This document shows, in pieces, positions 7,348 through 18,031 of a stretch of DNA of 18,209 nucleotides. The notes under the pieces were generated by a model. The model was not told where the DNA came from. It searched no databases and saw only the letters and a list, made by a program, of their open reading frames with translations. Location of the stretch: contig CALKEP010000062.1 of the NCBI GenBank assembly GCA_938084645.1, forward strand, positions 1 through 18,209, in the 5' to 3' direction. The translations under genes and the position numbers were made by a program. Source of the DNA: an uncultured Phycisphaerales bacterium. Lineage in GTDB: Bacteria; Planctomycetota; Phycisphaerae; Phycisphaerales; SM1A02. The first letter of the stretch is position 1; each line of letters starts with the position of its first letter.

Positions 7348-8406
7348 TCAGGCGGCGCGTCCGTTCATGCGGTAGACGAAGGCGAGCACTTCCGCGACCG
7401 CCGCGTAGGCGTCGGGCGGAACGTAGTCCCCGGTCTTGACGGTGCCGTGGAGCAGTCGCGCGAGCGGCTTCCGCTCCACGATGGGGATGGCGTGCGTCGC
7501 GGCGAGCTGGCGGATCCGGAGGGCGACGTGATCGACGCCGATCGCGACGACCTGCGGAGCGTGCATCGAATCCGAGTCGTAGCGGATCGCGACCGAGATG
7601 TGCTCCGGGTTGGTCACGATCACGTCGGCGGTCGGTACCGACTGGTTGATCCGCTGCATGGCGATCTGCTGGGCGAACTGCCGGCGACGATGCTTGAGCT
7701 TCGGATCGCCTTCGCTGTCCTTGTGTTCGTCGCGAACCTCCTGCTTGCTCATCCGCAGGTCCTTCGCGTGCTTCCACTTCTGGAACATGAAGTCGAGCAG
7801 GGCGAGGATCAGGAGGGCGAGGGCGACGAGAAGGGCGAGTTCGAGCATCAGGCGACCGATCAGGGCGAACCCCTGCAGCAACGAACCCTGCGGCAGCACC
7901 ACCAGGACGTCGTGCATCCGCCAGGACACGAAGGCCGCGACGCCGCCGGCGATCGTCACCTTGCCGAGATCCATCGCACCCTTCACCAGCCCCTGCACGC
8001 CGAGGATCCGCTTGGCGCCGTTGATCGGATTGAGCTTGTCGAGCTTCGGTTCGATCGGCTTCGGGGAGACGAGCCAGCCGACCTGCCAGAAGTGCCCGAC
8101 GTAGGCCGCGAGCCACGCCGCCAGCGAGAGCGGCGCGAGCACCGCCACCCCGCCGATCGCGGCCATCTCCAGCGAGGTCGCCGCGCCGAGCGGGACGGGA
8201 TCGCCGCTGGTCATGAGGATGAACTCGAGCATGCCCCCGAGTCGTTCGATCGACGGCGCCGCCATCACCCAGAGCAGGAGGGTGACGAAGGTCAGCAGCA
8301 GCGCCCCGGCGAGGTCGACGCTCTTGGCGATGCGCCCGTCATCCCTCGCCTTCAGGATCTTGCGCGGGGTCGCGTCTTCGGTCTTTTCGCCGAGATCCTC
8401 CGCCAT
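7348..8406 (-). CDS. flhB: Flagellar export switch protein FlhB
   Basis: EKTEDATPRK start, four hydrophobic segments, MSKQEVRDEHKDSEGDP, autocleavage site NPEH, PLARLL..YAAVAEVLAFVY. Confidence 0.97.
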   Translation of the reverse strand: MAEDLGEKTEDATPRKILKARDDGRIAKSVDLAGALLLTFVTLLLWVMAAPSIERLGGMLEFILMTSGDPVPLGAATSLEMAAIGGVAVLAPLSLAAWLAAYVGHFWQVGWLVSPKPIEPKLDKLNPINGAKRILGVQGLVKGAMDLGKVTIAGGVAAFVSWRMHDVLVVLPQGSLLQGFALIGRLMLELALLVALALLILALLDFMFQKWKHAKDLRMSKQEVRDEHKDSEGDPKLKHRRRQFAQQIAMQRINQSVPTADVIVTNPEHISVAIRYDSDSMHAPQVVAIGVDHVALRIRQLAATHAIPIVERKPLARLLHGTVKTGDYVPPDAYAAVAEVLAFVYRMNGRAA

Positions 8407-8407
8407 G

Positions 8408-9214
8408 TCAGACCCCTCCCCCGGTGGGCGGGGTGGTCGCCCAGATGTGGATTCGATCGAGGACCTCGCCGATCCACGCCGCGGCGACCGCGTCGATCAC
8501 CGCGAGCCCGGCGATCATGACGACCAGTCCGATCATGATCCGGAGCGGGAAGCCGAGACTCAGCACGTTCAGCTGCGGCACCGTCTTGGAGACGAAACCC
8601 ATCGCGACCGTCTCGAGGAACACCACCCCGAGCAGCGGCAGCGCGACCCGCATGCCGATCTCCGTCGCCCCGAGCACCAGCCCCAGCATGATCGGCAGGG
8701 TGCGATCGCCGTCGAGGAACACGCCGGCCCCGACGTACTCGAAGCTTCGAAGCGTGGAGAGGAAGATCGCATCGAGCCCCCCCATCAGCAGGAAGGTGGA
8801 GAGCGCGAGGAAGTACAGGAGCTGCTGGACGACGTCGGACTCCTCGCCGACCGCCGGGTTGTAGAACCGGGCGAAGCCCAGCCCCATCTGCTGGCCGCTG
8901 ACGATGCCGGCGGTCTGCATCGCGAGCATCGGCATCGTCGCCAGGAATCCGATGAACGCCCCGATCCCGATCTCCACCGCGGCGAGCGGGACCAGCGACC
9001 ACGGCTCCATCGACACCACGGGCATCGCGACCCCCTTCGCGGAGAGCGTGGCGAAGGCCGCGAGACCCATCACGAACACCAGCAGGACCTTGACCCGCAT
9101 CGGCACCGTGGAGGTCGAGAGCACCGGCGCGAAGATCGCGAGGCCGCCGATCCGCATGATCACCAGCATCGCCGGTCCCACGCTCTCCTGAATGGACTCG
9201 ATCGCACCGTTCAA
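8408..9214 (-). CDS. fliR: Flagellar export gate protein FliR
   Basis: RIGG..APV...VPMRVK, AGIVSGQQMGL, KTVPQLNVLSLGFPL; between fliQ and flhB; TTG start. Confidence 0.95.
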   Translation of the reverse strand: MNGAIESIQESVGPAMLVIMRIGGLAIFAPVLSTSTVPMRVKVLLVFVMGLAAFATLSAKGVAMPVVSMEPWSLVPLAAVEIGIGAFIGFLATMPMLAMQTAGIVSGQQMGLGFARFYNPAVGEESDVVQQLLYFLALSTFLLMGGLDAIFLSTLRSFEYVGAGVFLDGDRTLPIMLGLVLGATEIGMRVALPLLGVVFLETVAMGFVSKTVPQLNVLSLGFPLRIMIGLVVMIAGLAVIDAVAAAWIGEVLDRIHIWATTPPTGGGV

Positions 9215-9226
9215 GGGGGCATCCGA

Positions 9227-9481
9227 TCAGGTGGGGAGAATGAACATCTGCTGGGCGAACTCGACCATCTGGGCCGAGATCCAACCGAGCAGCGCGACCG
9301 CGACGAGAATCATCGCGGCGATCTTGGGGACGAACGACAGGGTCTGTTCCTGGATCTGCGTGACCGCCTGCGCGATGCTGACGATCAGGCCGACCACCAG
9401 TCCGGCGACCAGGATCGGCGTCGCGATCCAGAGCGAGATCAGCAATGCGGAACGGGCGAGGTCGAGCGCGTCGATCTCCAT
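9227..9481 (-). CDS. fliQ: Flagellar export gate protein FliQ
   Basis: PILVAGLVVGLIVSIAQAVTQIQEQTLSFVPK. Start moved to the ATG at 9481 with SD AAGGAG (84 aa). Confidence 0.96.
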   Translation of the reverse strand: MEIDALDLARSALLISLWIATPILVAGLVVGLIVSIAQAVTQIQEQTLSFVPKIAAMILVAVALLGWISAQMVEFAQQMFILPT

Positions 9482-9536
9482 GCGGGACTCCTTCCCGGGA
9501 GCAAGGCGGCGCATCCTGCGACGCCGGAATGAATGG

Positions 9537-10334
9537 TCAGCCTCCGCCGACCCGGACGACGCTCTCCATGAGACTGCCGGCGACCAGCGCCCAGCCGTCG
9601 GCGACCACGAAGAGCAGCAGTTTGAACGGGAGCGAGATGAACACGGGCGGCAGCATCATCATGCCCATCGAGATGAGCAGGCTCGACACCACCATGTCGA
9701 TGACGAGGAACGGGAGGTAGATGCGGAAGGCGATGAGAAACGCGATCTTCAGTTCGCTGAGGACGAAGGCCGGGATCAGCGCGACCATGTCGACGTCCTT
9801 CCACTCCATCCCCGCCCGCGCGTCGGCGTCGTATCCCTGGAAGTTCAGCATCATCTCGACCGAGGATTCGTTCTCCGCACCCCGGATCTGCGCGATCATG
9901 AAGTTCCTCAGCGGTTGCTTCACGCCCTCCCAGGCCGCGAGTGAATCGCGCTCCGCGATCGGTGCGTCCAGATACGGACGAACGCCGCCGCTCCACATCG
10001 CCTCGAGCGTCGGCGACATCGCGACGAAGGTGAGGAAGAGGCTGAGCCCGACCACCACCTGGCTCGGGGGAAGGCCCTGGGTGCCGATCGCCTGCCGAAG
10101 GAGGCCGAGCACCACCACGAATCTCGTGAAGGACGTGCAGAGGATCAGGATCGCGGGCGCCAGGGTCAGCACGGTGAGCAGCAGCACGATGCTGATCGGT
10201 GCGGACGTCGAACCGTCCATCCCGGGCACGGCCTGGGCCGCGGCCTCGACGAATCCGATCGGATTCTCGAGCCGCGAGGCGACATCGCCGCCGGCGGACG
10301 ACTGGGCGAACATGAGAAGCGGCGCGGTGCTCAT
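9537..10334 (-). CDS. fliP: Flagellar export gate protein FliP
   Basis: LTVLTLAP..TSFTR..LLRQAIGTQGLPP, LIPAFVLSELK, MGMMMLPP..SLPFKLLLFV..DGW. ATG overlaps the fliO stop (TGATG). Confidence 0.97.
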   Translation of the reverse strand: MSTAPLLMFAQSSAGGDVASRLENPIGFVEAAAQAVPGMDGSTSAPISIVLLLTVLTLAPAILILCTSFTRFVVVLGLLRQAIGTQGLPPSQVVVGLSLFLTFVAMSPTLEAMWSGGVRPYLDAPIAERDSLAAWEGVKQPLRNFMIAQIRGAENESSVEMMLNFQGYDADARAGMEWKDVDMVALIPAFVLSELKIAFLIAFRIYLPFLVIDMVVSSLLISMGMMMLPPVFISLPFKLLLFVVADGWALVAGSLMESVVRVGGG

Positions 10335-11368
10335 CAGTTGCCACGCACCCCTCGACGGGGACGTCGCCGCGTCAGATCCACGGTTTCGATCGGCCCCTGG
10401 ACGGGCAGGCCGTCCTCGCCATTGAAACCCCGCGGGCGACCCCGACGGTCGTAGAGACCGAGCGTCTGCTCCAGTTCACGACCGAAGCCACCCTTCGCAT
10501 CACGTTCGGTCGCGGAAAGCCGGCGACGGAGATCGGCGACCTCGTCGAGGTCGCTGAATTCGGCGAGCGTGGCGACCTCGCCACCCTTGCCCGCGTGCTG
10601 GTGGAGCAGGAGCACCTTCGGCCCGCATTCAAGCAGGACCAGCGACGCCGAGCGTCCGAAGGGAAAACGGCCGAGGACCGACACCACACCGGAGGGCCTC
10701 GGCCCACCAGCCAGCCCGATCCCGCGTCCGCCGTGGCGCTTCATGAAGACCGCCGCGAGCACGAGGACCGCCAGCAATCCGAAGACTCGAAGCTCCGGCG
10801 CATTCCACCAGCTTCCGGCGTTGCCACCACCGGTGGTGGAGATCGTCGGCGTGCCGGGGGCCGTTCCATTCGATGCCTCCCCGGAACGCCCGAAGATCGG
10901 GGTCCGATCGAACGAGGCGATCTCCCCCGCGGTCGACAGGACCGCCGCGGTGGCGGTCTGGGCGGCGGAATCGGTCGCTGCAGCCGAGTCCATGCCTTCG
11001 CCATGCTCGAGGGCGAGCGGGCCGGAATCGACGATCGTGGCGTCCGCACGCTCCATCGCCGGCCGAACCGGCCCCGTCGCCGAGCCGGACGTTTCATCGA
11101 CCGCGGTGACCGCGATCGGGGGCTCCGAGATCTCGACGATCACGGCCGGAGACGCGGGCGCCACCTCGGCATCAACCGGATCGATGGGATCGATGGGATC
11201 GAGGACCACCGGCACTTCGACTTCCGGGACCGGCGTGATCTTCGCGACCCCGTTCAACTCCGAAGAGGGCGGGGCCGCCGTGGCCATCATCGCCCACGGC
11301 GACGTCGCGGCCAGGATCGCAAGAACAGGAACGAGGTTGATATTCGAACGGAGTCGCGCGAGGTCCAT
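10334..11368 (-). CDS. fliO: FliO-family protein with a long N-terminal extracytoplasmic extension
   Basis: Between fliN and fliP; single TM (VFGLLAVLVLAAVFM) followed by FliO-like strands VSVLGRFPFGRSASLVLLECGPKVLLL; N-terminal signal-like segment. Confidence 0.8.
   Translation of the reverse strand: MDLARLRSNINLVPVLAILAATSPWAMMATAAPPSSELNGVAKITPVPEVEVPVVLDPIDPIDPVDAEVAPASPAVIVEISEPPIAVTAVDETSGSATGPVRPAMERADATIVDSGPLALEHGEGMDSAAATDSAAQTATAAVLSTAGEIASFDRTPIFGRSGEASNGTAPGTPTISTTGGGNAGSWWNAPELRVFGLLAVLVLAAVFMKRHGGRGIGLAGGPRPSGVVSVLGRFPFGRSASLVLLECGPKVLLLHQHAGKGGEVATLAEFSDLDEVADLRRRLSATERDAKGGFGRELEQTLGLYDRRGRPRGFNGEDGLPVQGPIETVDLTRRRPRRGVRGN
11178..11204. repeat. 9-bp tandem repeat (GGATCGATG)x2 + GGATCGAGG inside fliO
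   Basis: Directly visible; encodes the DPIDPIDP stretch of the FliO linker. Confidence 0.8.
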
Positions 11369-11439
11369 GAACGCCTTCCTGGCTGGTGGTCACGACCGGA
11401 TCCTCCGGTCGTCGCGATCGACGAGAATCGGCGCGTGAA

Positions 11440-11874
11440 TCAGCCGGTGCTCGCCTCGGGGATCTTTCCGACGATCTCGCTCACGCGGACACAGAAGTTC
11501 TCGTTCAGCACCAGGACCTCGCCGCGGGCGACATGACGACCGTTCACGAAGATGTCCACGGGATCGCCGGCGGCCTTGTCGAGCTCGACGACGGAGTCCG
11601 GCGAGAGCTTGAGCACGTCGTCGACCAACATGCTGGTCCGGCCCAGCTCGATGCGAACGTCGAGATCGACATCACCGAGCATGCCGATTCCGGCCGCGGC
11701 CGCATCCGAGGTGCCGGCCCCGAAATCCGGGAGGGGAACCGAGGCGGCCGCCGAAGCGGTGGTTTCGTTCATGGCGTCGACCTGCTCCCCGACGTCACGA
11801 ATCGCCTCCTCCACCATTTCGGTGGGCTCGGATTGCGGCGTCGGGGGCGTGGGATCGGTCGGTGGTTCGGTCAT
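11440..11874 (-). CDS. fliN: Flagellar C-ring protein FliN
   Basis: SpoA domain [53 protein letters not shown]. Confidence 0.96.
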   Translation of the reverse strand: MTEPPTDPTPPTPQSEPTEMVEEAIRDVGEQVDAMNETTASAAASVPLPDFGAGTSDAAAAGIGMLGDVDLDVRIELGRTSMLVDDVLKLSPDSVVELDKAAGDPVDIFVNGRHVARGEVLVLNENFCVRVSEIVGKIPEASTG

Positions 11875-12089
11875 TCGGTGCGGCTCCGCCGTCCGTGGTC
11901 ATCCAGGCGCGACGGGAAGACACCAGCATCCATGCCGGACCCGTCAGGAGGATCATCGGACGGGCCGATGTCGGGACTGCAGAGAATGCCTGTACCACGT
12001 GACCGTTTCGCGCAATTCACGCGCAGACACGCCCATTCTCACGATTCTCGATTCTTGGGAGGCGCATGATCCGCCGGAATCAGGTCCGG

Positions 12090-12716
12090 TCAGCGATTGA
12101 CCCGTCGACCCAGTTCCATCACGACGATCACGTCGTGGATGATCGGGCCATCGGGCAGATCAGCCGACATCGGTGATCCCCCACCCTGAGCATCACGCCC
12201 GGCGTCATCGACGGCGCGGGCCGACGTGGGGCGTCGATCGAACAGTCCTTCACCGACCAGCGCTCGAGCGACGCGCGCTTCGAGGGCCCCCAGCTCATCG
12301 GACTCGAGATCACGACGCGTCGCCGACTTCCAGATCGACATCAGGGCCGCTTCGATCTTGCCGGGAGCACCCTGGGCCTCGATCTCGAGCCATGCCTTGT
12401 CTCGTTCGTCGATTTCGAGGTAGACCCGGGTCGAGTACATGAACCCGATTCCGGAAGCATCGTTGAAGAGGTGATCATCGAAGATCAGAACCTCGGCCAG
12501 ATCGGGCTCGTGGGCCGTCGGAGCCGCTTGAACGGCGGTATCGCTGGCTTCGGTCCGGGCTGGCTCGGCGAACATCATGAAACCGGCACCGATCAGGCCG
12601 GCCTCCGCAAGGAGCAACGCGAGCGTCATGACCGCGGTCTTCAGGCCACCCCGCTTCCGCTTCCCGGAAACCTCGGTGTCGTTCACGTTCTGATTGTCCG
12701 TTGCCTGATCCGACAT
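12090..12716 (-). CDS. fliL: FliL-like single-TM flagellar protein (divergent)
   Basis: Basic stretch KRKR, one TM (AVMTLALLLAEAGLIGAGFMMFA), then a FliL-like strand/helix pattern ending IIHDVIV; upstream of fliN-fliO. Start moved to the ATG at 12716 (SD GGGAG). Similarity judged by eye. Confidence 0.6.
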   Translation of the reverse strand: MSDQATDNQNVNDTEVSGKRKRGGLKTAVMTLALLLAEAGLIGAGFMMFAEPARTEASDTAVQAAPTAHEPDLAEVLIFDDHLFNDASGIGFMYSTRVYLEIDERDKAWLEIEAQGAPGKIEAALMSIWKSATRRDLESDELGALEARVARALVGEGLFDRRPTSARAVDDAGRDAQGGGSPMSADLPDGPIIHDVIVVMELGRRVNR

Positions 12717-12790
12717 CACCTGAATCTCCCTGCCACCCGAAATCGGGCGATTCCCCCCTGAACGGACCGGAAGCCCCGGTCCCTCGCGAG

Positions 12791-12818
12791 GCATCGGCGT
12801 GGCCGGGGCCGACCTTCA
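12791..12818 (-). promoter_or_regulatory. Candidate sigma-28 promoter TGAA-N16-GCCGATGC upstream of fliL
   Basis: GCCGATGC (12798-12791) and TGAAG (12818-12814) versus consensus TAAA-N15-GCCGATAA; 74 nt before the fliL ATG. Confidence 0.35.
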
Positions 12819-12864
12819 GCACAGCAGTGACATTCGATGGGAATCCGGCCGCACGACCCGACGC

Positions 12865-13773
12865 TCAGGCGGTTCTCGGATGTTCGAGCACCGGAAGGAC
12901 CCCGGTTTCGATCTCGACCACGAGGGTCCGGATCAGGGCGGAGTGATGCGGCGGATCCCCGTCAAGCTGCCAATGAACCGGTTTGTCGAACTCCAGCCGG
13001 AATCGCCGCCCCTCCAGATACATCGTCCGCCGATCCTCCAGTTGACGACGCCGGACGAGGGTCAGCATCCAACGCAGGAGTCCCAGACGCCCCCGACAAG
13101 GAAGAACCAGCAGATCCAGTCGCCCGTCGTCCATTCGAGCCCGAGCCGCAGGATCGAGCCGGCAGGCGTACTGGCGTGCGTTGGCGACCATCATGATCGC
13201 GACGCCGGCGTCGATGATGCCGCCATCGTCCACCGTCACTTGCATCCCCGCCGGCGCGAAGCGAAGGAAACTCCGGATGGCCGGCAGGAGGTAGGAGAGA
13301 TGCCGGACCGGCCCACGTCGCCTGGAGGCGAGATCATGGACCACGTCGGCATCGAATCCGACCGAAGCCATCAGCACCATCATTTCCGCCGGGCCGCCAT
13401 CCGCCGCGACGGAGGCGAGGTCGATCCGCCGGATCACGCCCGTTCGGAGGCGTCGGACGACCTCGTCGAGGTCGTCGGTCATCTCGAACTCACGCGCGAA
13501 GAGATTCTCGTTTCCAGCCGGGAGGTGGATCAGCGGAACATCCGCATGCGCGGCCTCGGCCGCCGCGGCTCGGACCGCGCCATCACCCCCGACCACCACG
13601 AGTCGATCGTGGGACACCAGCGGTGTTCGCAGCCAGCTGTCCGGCGGCTCGGGCCGGGTGGGCATCAGCACCACCTCGAGCCCCGCCTCCCCTGCGGCCC
13701 GCTCGAGGCCCACGGCCAGCTGATGGGCTCGACCGGCGCCCGAGATCGGGTTGTAGATCACCAGCGTCGACAT
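12865..13773 (-). CDS. Diacylglycerol/lipid kinase family protein (YegS/DgkB-like)
   Basis: YNPISG, VGGDGAV, LPAGNENLFAR, SVGFDA, DDGRLD, QLDGD. Start moved to the ATG at 13773 (MSTLVIYNP), the usual domain start (302 aa). Confidence 0.92.
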   Translation of the reverse strand: MSTLVIYNPISGAGRAHQLAVGLERAAGEAGLEVVLMPTRPEPPDSWLRTPLVSHDRLVVVGGDGAVRAAAAEAAHADVPLIHLPAGNENLFAREFEMTDDLDEVVRRLRTGVIRRIDLASVAADGGPAEMMVLMASVGFDADVVHDLASRRRGPVRHLSYLLPAIRSFLRFAPAGMQVTVDDGGIIDAGVAIMMVANARQYACRLDPAARARMDDGRLDLLVLPCRGRLGLLRWMLTLVRRRQLEDRRTMYLEGRRFRLEFDKPVHWQLDGDPPHHSALIRTLVVEIETGVLPVLEHPRTA

Positions 13774-13856
13774 GGGGGGTTCACGATACCGCCGGACCGG
13801 CCGAAACGGCGTTTCACCGTACGCCGTCGACGTGGGTTTCGTACCATTCCACCCGG

Positions 13857-15014
13857 ATGACCCGCTTCGATCCAATCCCGTCGCCCCTCGGAATCGTGTT
13901 GCTCGCTGCGCTCGTGACGCTCACCGGCCTCGCGGGTCCGGCGTCCGCGCGGCAGGAGACGTACGAACTCGGAGACGACGACGTCTGGCAGGCGGAGGAC
14001 AAGCCGACCGACGCCGCCTCGCGACAGGTCGTGCTGGCCCGACGCGCCCTCGCGCTGGGCGAACCGGAACGGGCCCGTGCCCTCGCCTCGGCGTTCCTCG
14101 ACAAGTTTCCGGGCGGCGAGGCCCGGCCCGAGATGCTCCTCGTCCGAGGCGACGCCCTGGTCGAGATGGGCGACGAGTACGAGGCATTGTTCGACTACGA
14201 GGCGATCACGCGGACCTATTCGGGGAGTCGCGCCTTCGTCACCGCCCTCGAACGCGAGTATCAGATCGCGGTCGCGTATGCGAACGGCCTCCGGCGGAAG
14301 TTCCTCGGCACGATCCGGATCATCAACGCCGACGACGACGCCGAAGAACTCCTGATTCGGATTCAGGAACGACTTCCCGGAAGTCGACTCGCCGAGGATG
14401 CCGGCATGGAGCTCGCGGACTTCTACTTCGTTCGTTCGAAGATGCGGCTCGCGGCGGACGCCTACGACCTCTTCATCCAGAACTATCCTCGGTCCGACCG
14501 GATCGAGAAGGCGCGACAACGGCTCATCCAGGCCTATCTGGCGTCGTTCCGCGGCCCACGCTACGACGACACCGGTCTTCGCGACGCGAAGCGTCGACTC
14601 GAGGTCCTGGAGGTCACCCAACCCGGTCTGGCCCAGCGAATCGGGGCCGAGGCGCTGCTCGTTCGCATCGAGGAATCCGAGGCTCGAAAGTTGCTCACGA
14701 CCGCGGAGTGGTACCTCTCGATCAACGATCCGGTTTCCGCCGAGCAGTACCTCCGCCGCGTGTTGGAAAAGCACCCGGCGACGGTGGCGGCCCTCGACGG
14801 GCTGCGGATCGCACCGACGATCCTCGCGAACATGCCGGCGGGAATCGCCGCCGAATGCCCCGACTACCGGGCGATGGCCGAAGCCCTCCTCGGAGCGGCC
14901 GGACCGGTCCAGACCGGTGTGGAGGCCCGCCCCGAAGTCCCGCTGCCGACCTCCAGATCGCTGGCGCCGGAGGTCCCCGTGGACGCGAAGGCGACGCCGG
15001 AGCCGACACCATGA
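13857..15014 (+). CDS. bamD: BamD/YfiO-like TPR outer-membrane assembly protein
   Basis: Signal peptide from the ATG at 13857; TPR-like helices ending FLDKFPGG, ITRTYSGS, FIQNYPRS; BamD-type C-terminus LLTTAEWY...SAEQYLRRVLEKHPAT; coupled to an lptE-like gene (385 aa). Confidence 0.75.
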   Translation: MTRFDPIPSPLGIVLLAALVTLTGLAGPASARQETYELGDDDVWQAEDKPTDAASRQVVLARRALALGEPERARALASAFLDKFPGGEARPEMLLVRGDALVEMGDEYEALFDYEAITRTYSGSRAFVTALEREYQIAVAYANGLRRKFLGTIRIINADDDAEELLIRIQERLPGSRLAEDAGMELADFYFVRSKMRLAADAYDLFIQNYPRSDRIEKARQRLIQAYLASFRGPRYDDTGLRDAKRRLEVLEVTQPGLAQRIGAEALLVRIEESEARKLLTTAEWYLSINDPVSAEQYLRRVLEKHPATVAALDGLRIAPTILANMPAGIAAECPDYRAMAEALLGAAGPVQTGVEARPEVPLPTSRSLAPEVPVDAKATPEPTP

Positions 15015-15556
15015 TGCACGGCCTTCGACGACCCGCCTGGACGGTGATGGCGATCGCGGCCGGACTCTCCAGCCTCGGCTTTCAATCCGGCTGCAATCGG
15101 GACCCGGAATCGGGTTGGGCGATCACGTCCACCCACGACGACCGATTCCGGACGATCTCGATTCCGCTCTTTCGAAACGAGACCTGGTTCCGGGGGCTCG
15201 AACGCGAACTTGGACGGTCGCTGGTGGTGGAAATGGAGTCGCGGACGCCCTACAAGGTGACTGGACAGGGCACCGCCGACACCCTGCTCCGCGGGACGAT
15301 CCGATCCGCCGAACTGATCCTTCTGTCCAGCAGCGTGACCACCGGCCTCGCCGACGAAATGCTGTTCAAGGCCGAACTGGACTTCGAATGGGTCGATCTC
15401 GCGACGGGCGAAACGCTGGTCGAGCGAAAGGGGTTCGCCTCCTCCGCCCTTTTCACGCCTTCTCGACCATCTCAGGAAACGATCGATCTCGCCCGATTCG
15501 GGGTCGTAGAACAGTTGGCGGCGGATCTGGTCGACGCGATCCGCGACGATTGGTGA
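15011..15556 (+). CDS. lptE: LptE-like LPS-assembly lipoprotein
   Basis: C-terminal 181 aa of track ORF 13772-15556; ATGA overlap with the bamD stop; lipobox-like QSG-C; RTISIPLFRNET..GLERELGRSL..TPYKV..ADTLLRGTI pattern, which I recognise from non-proteobacterial LptE-family proteins. Confidence 0.8.
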   Translation: MMHGLRRPAWTVMAIAAGLSSLGFQSGCNRDPESGWAITSTHDDRFRTISIPLFRNETWFRGLERELGRSLVVEMESRTPYKVTGQGTADTLLRGTIRSAELILLSSSVTTGLADEMLFKAELDFEWVDLATGETLVERKGFASSALFTPSRPSQETIDLARFGVVEQLAADLVDAIRDDW

Positions 15557-15641
15557 TTTTCGCATCAGGAAGCGTGGTTCCCGCGAACCCGTGAGACGAT
15601 GAAACAGTGTCTTTTCGATTTTCCAACGCGACGAGGTCCTC

Positions 15642-17681
<2,040 letters not shown>

Positions 17682-18031
17682 ACGCCGGGCCGGCTCCCGT
17701 CCTGGCCGACGACCGGTTGAACTTCGACGAGCGTCCGACCTTCATTTCATGCATGGCCGACTCGCACAGTCCGCGGGGGCCAAGTCGACCATTGCGCGGG
17801 CAGGGTGCGTTTCGGGCCGAGGGACGGTATCAGGGCGGATCCGCTCTTCTGCCAACCAGCCTCTAAACTCTCGGGGCAGGCTGGGATGGGACTCTAGAGA
17901 AAAAGACGCCAGCAGGGGTCGACCTCTGTGGCCACCCGGAGCGAATCAAATCTCTCAGATTCATCAAAGTCCTGCGGCAAAGTTGCTGATAAAGAAGACA
18001 TCCGATCAAAGCCCAAACTAGGACATCAAAG

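Noticed and set aside
5292..7439. 715-aa plus-strand ORF, and other long antisense ORFs (1837-2967, 2964-4175, 7132-8520, 8213-9532, 12799-13860, 15453-17462)
   Set aside because: They lie opposite well-supported genes, are Arg/His/Gly/Asp-rich and have no motifs. These are shadow ORFs expected from high GC3 codon bias.
11920..11940. Sigma-54-like CGGCATG-N4-CTGG upstream of fliN (and CGGCACG near 5113-5119)
   Set aside because: The required GC at -12 is missing or misplaced in both.
7..12716. Possibility of a non-flagellar type III secretion system
   Set aside because: FlhF, FlhG, FliA, FliO and FliL-like genes are flagellum-specific, and no secretin or needle genes are present.
13772..15010. 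Apparent 594-aa protein ending in the LptE domain
   Set aside because: The first 413 codons are an off-frame reading over bamD. LptE has its own signal peptide and ATGA-coupled start at 15011.
17682..18031. Possible tRNA, att site or CRISPR leader in the spacer after ftsH
   Set aside because: No cloverleaf or T-loop motif, no long direct repeats; only a 7-bp stem CCAGCCT/AGGCTGG (17856-17884).
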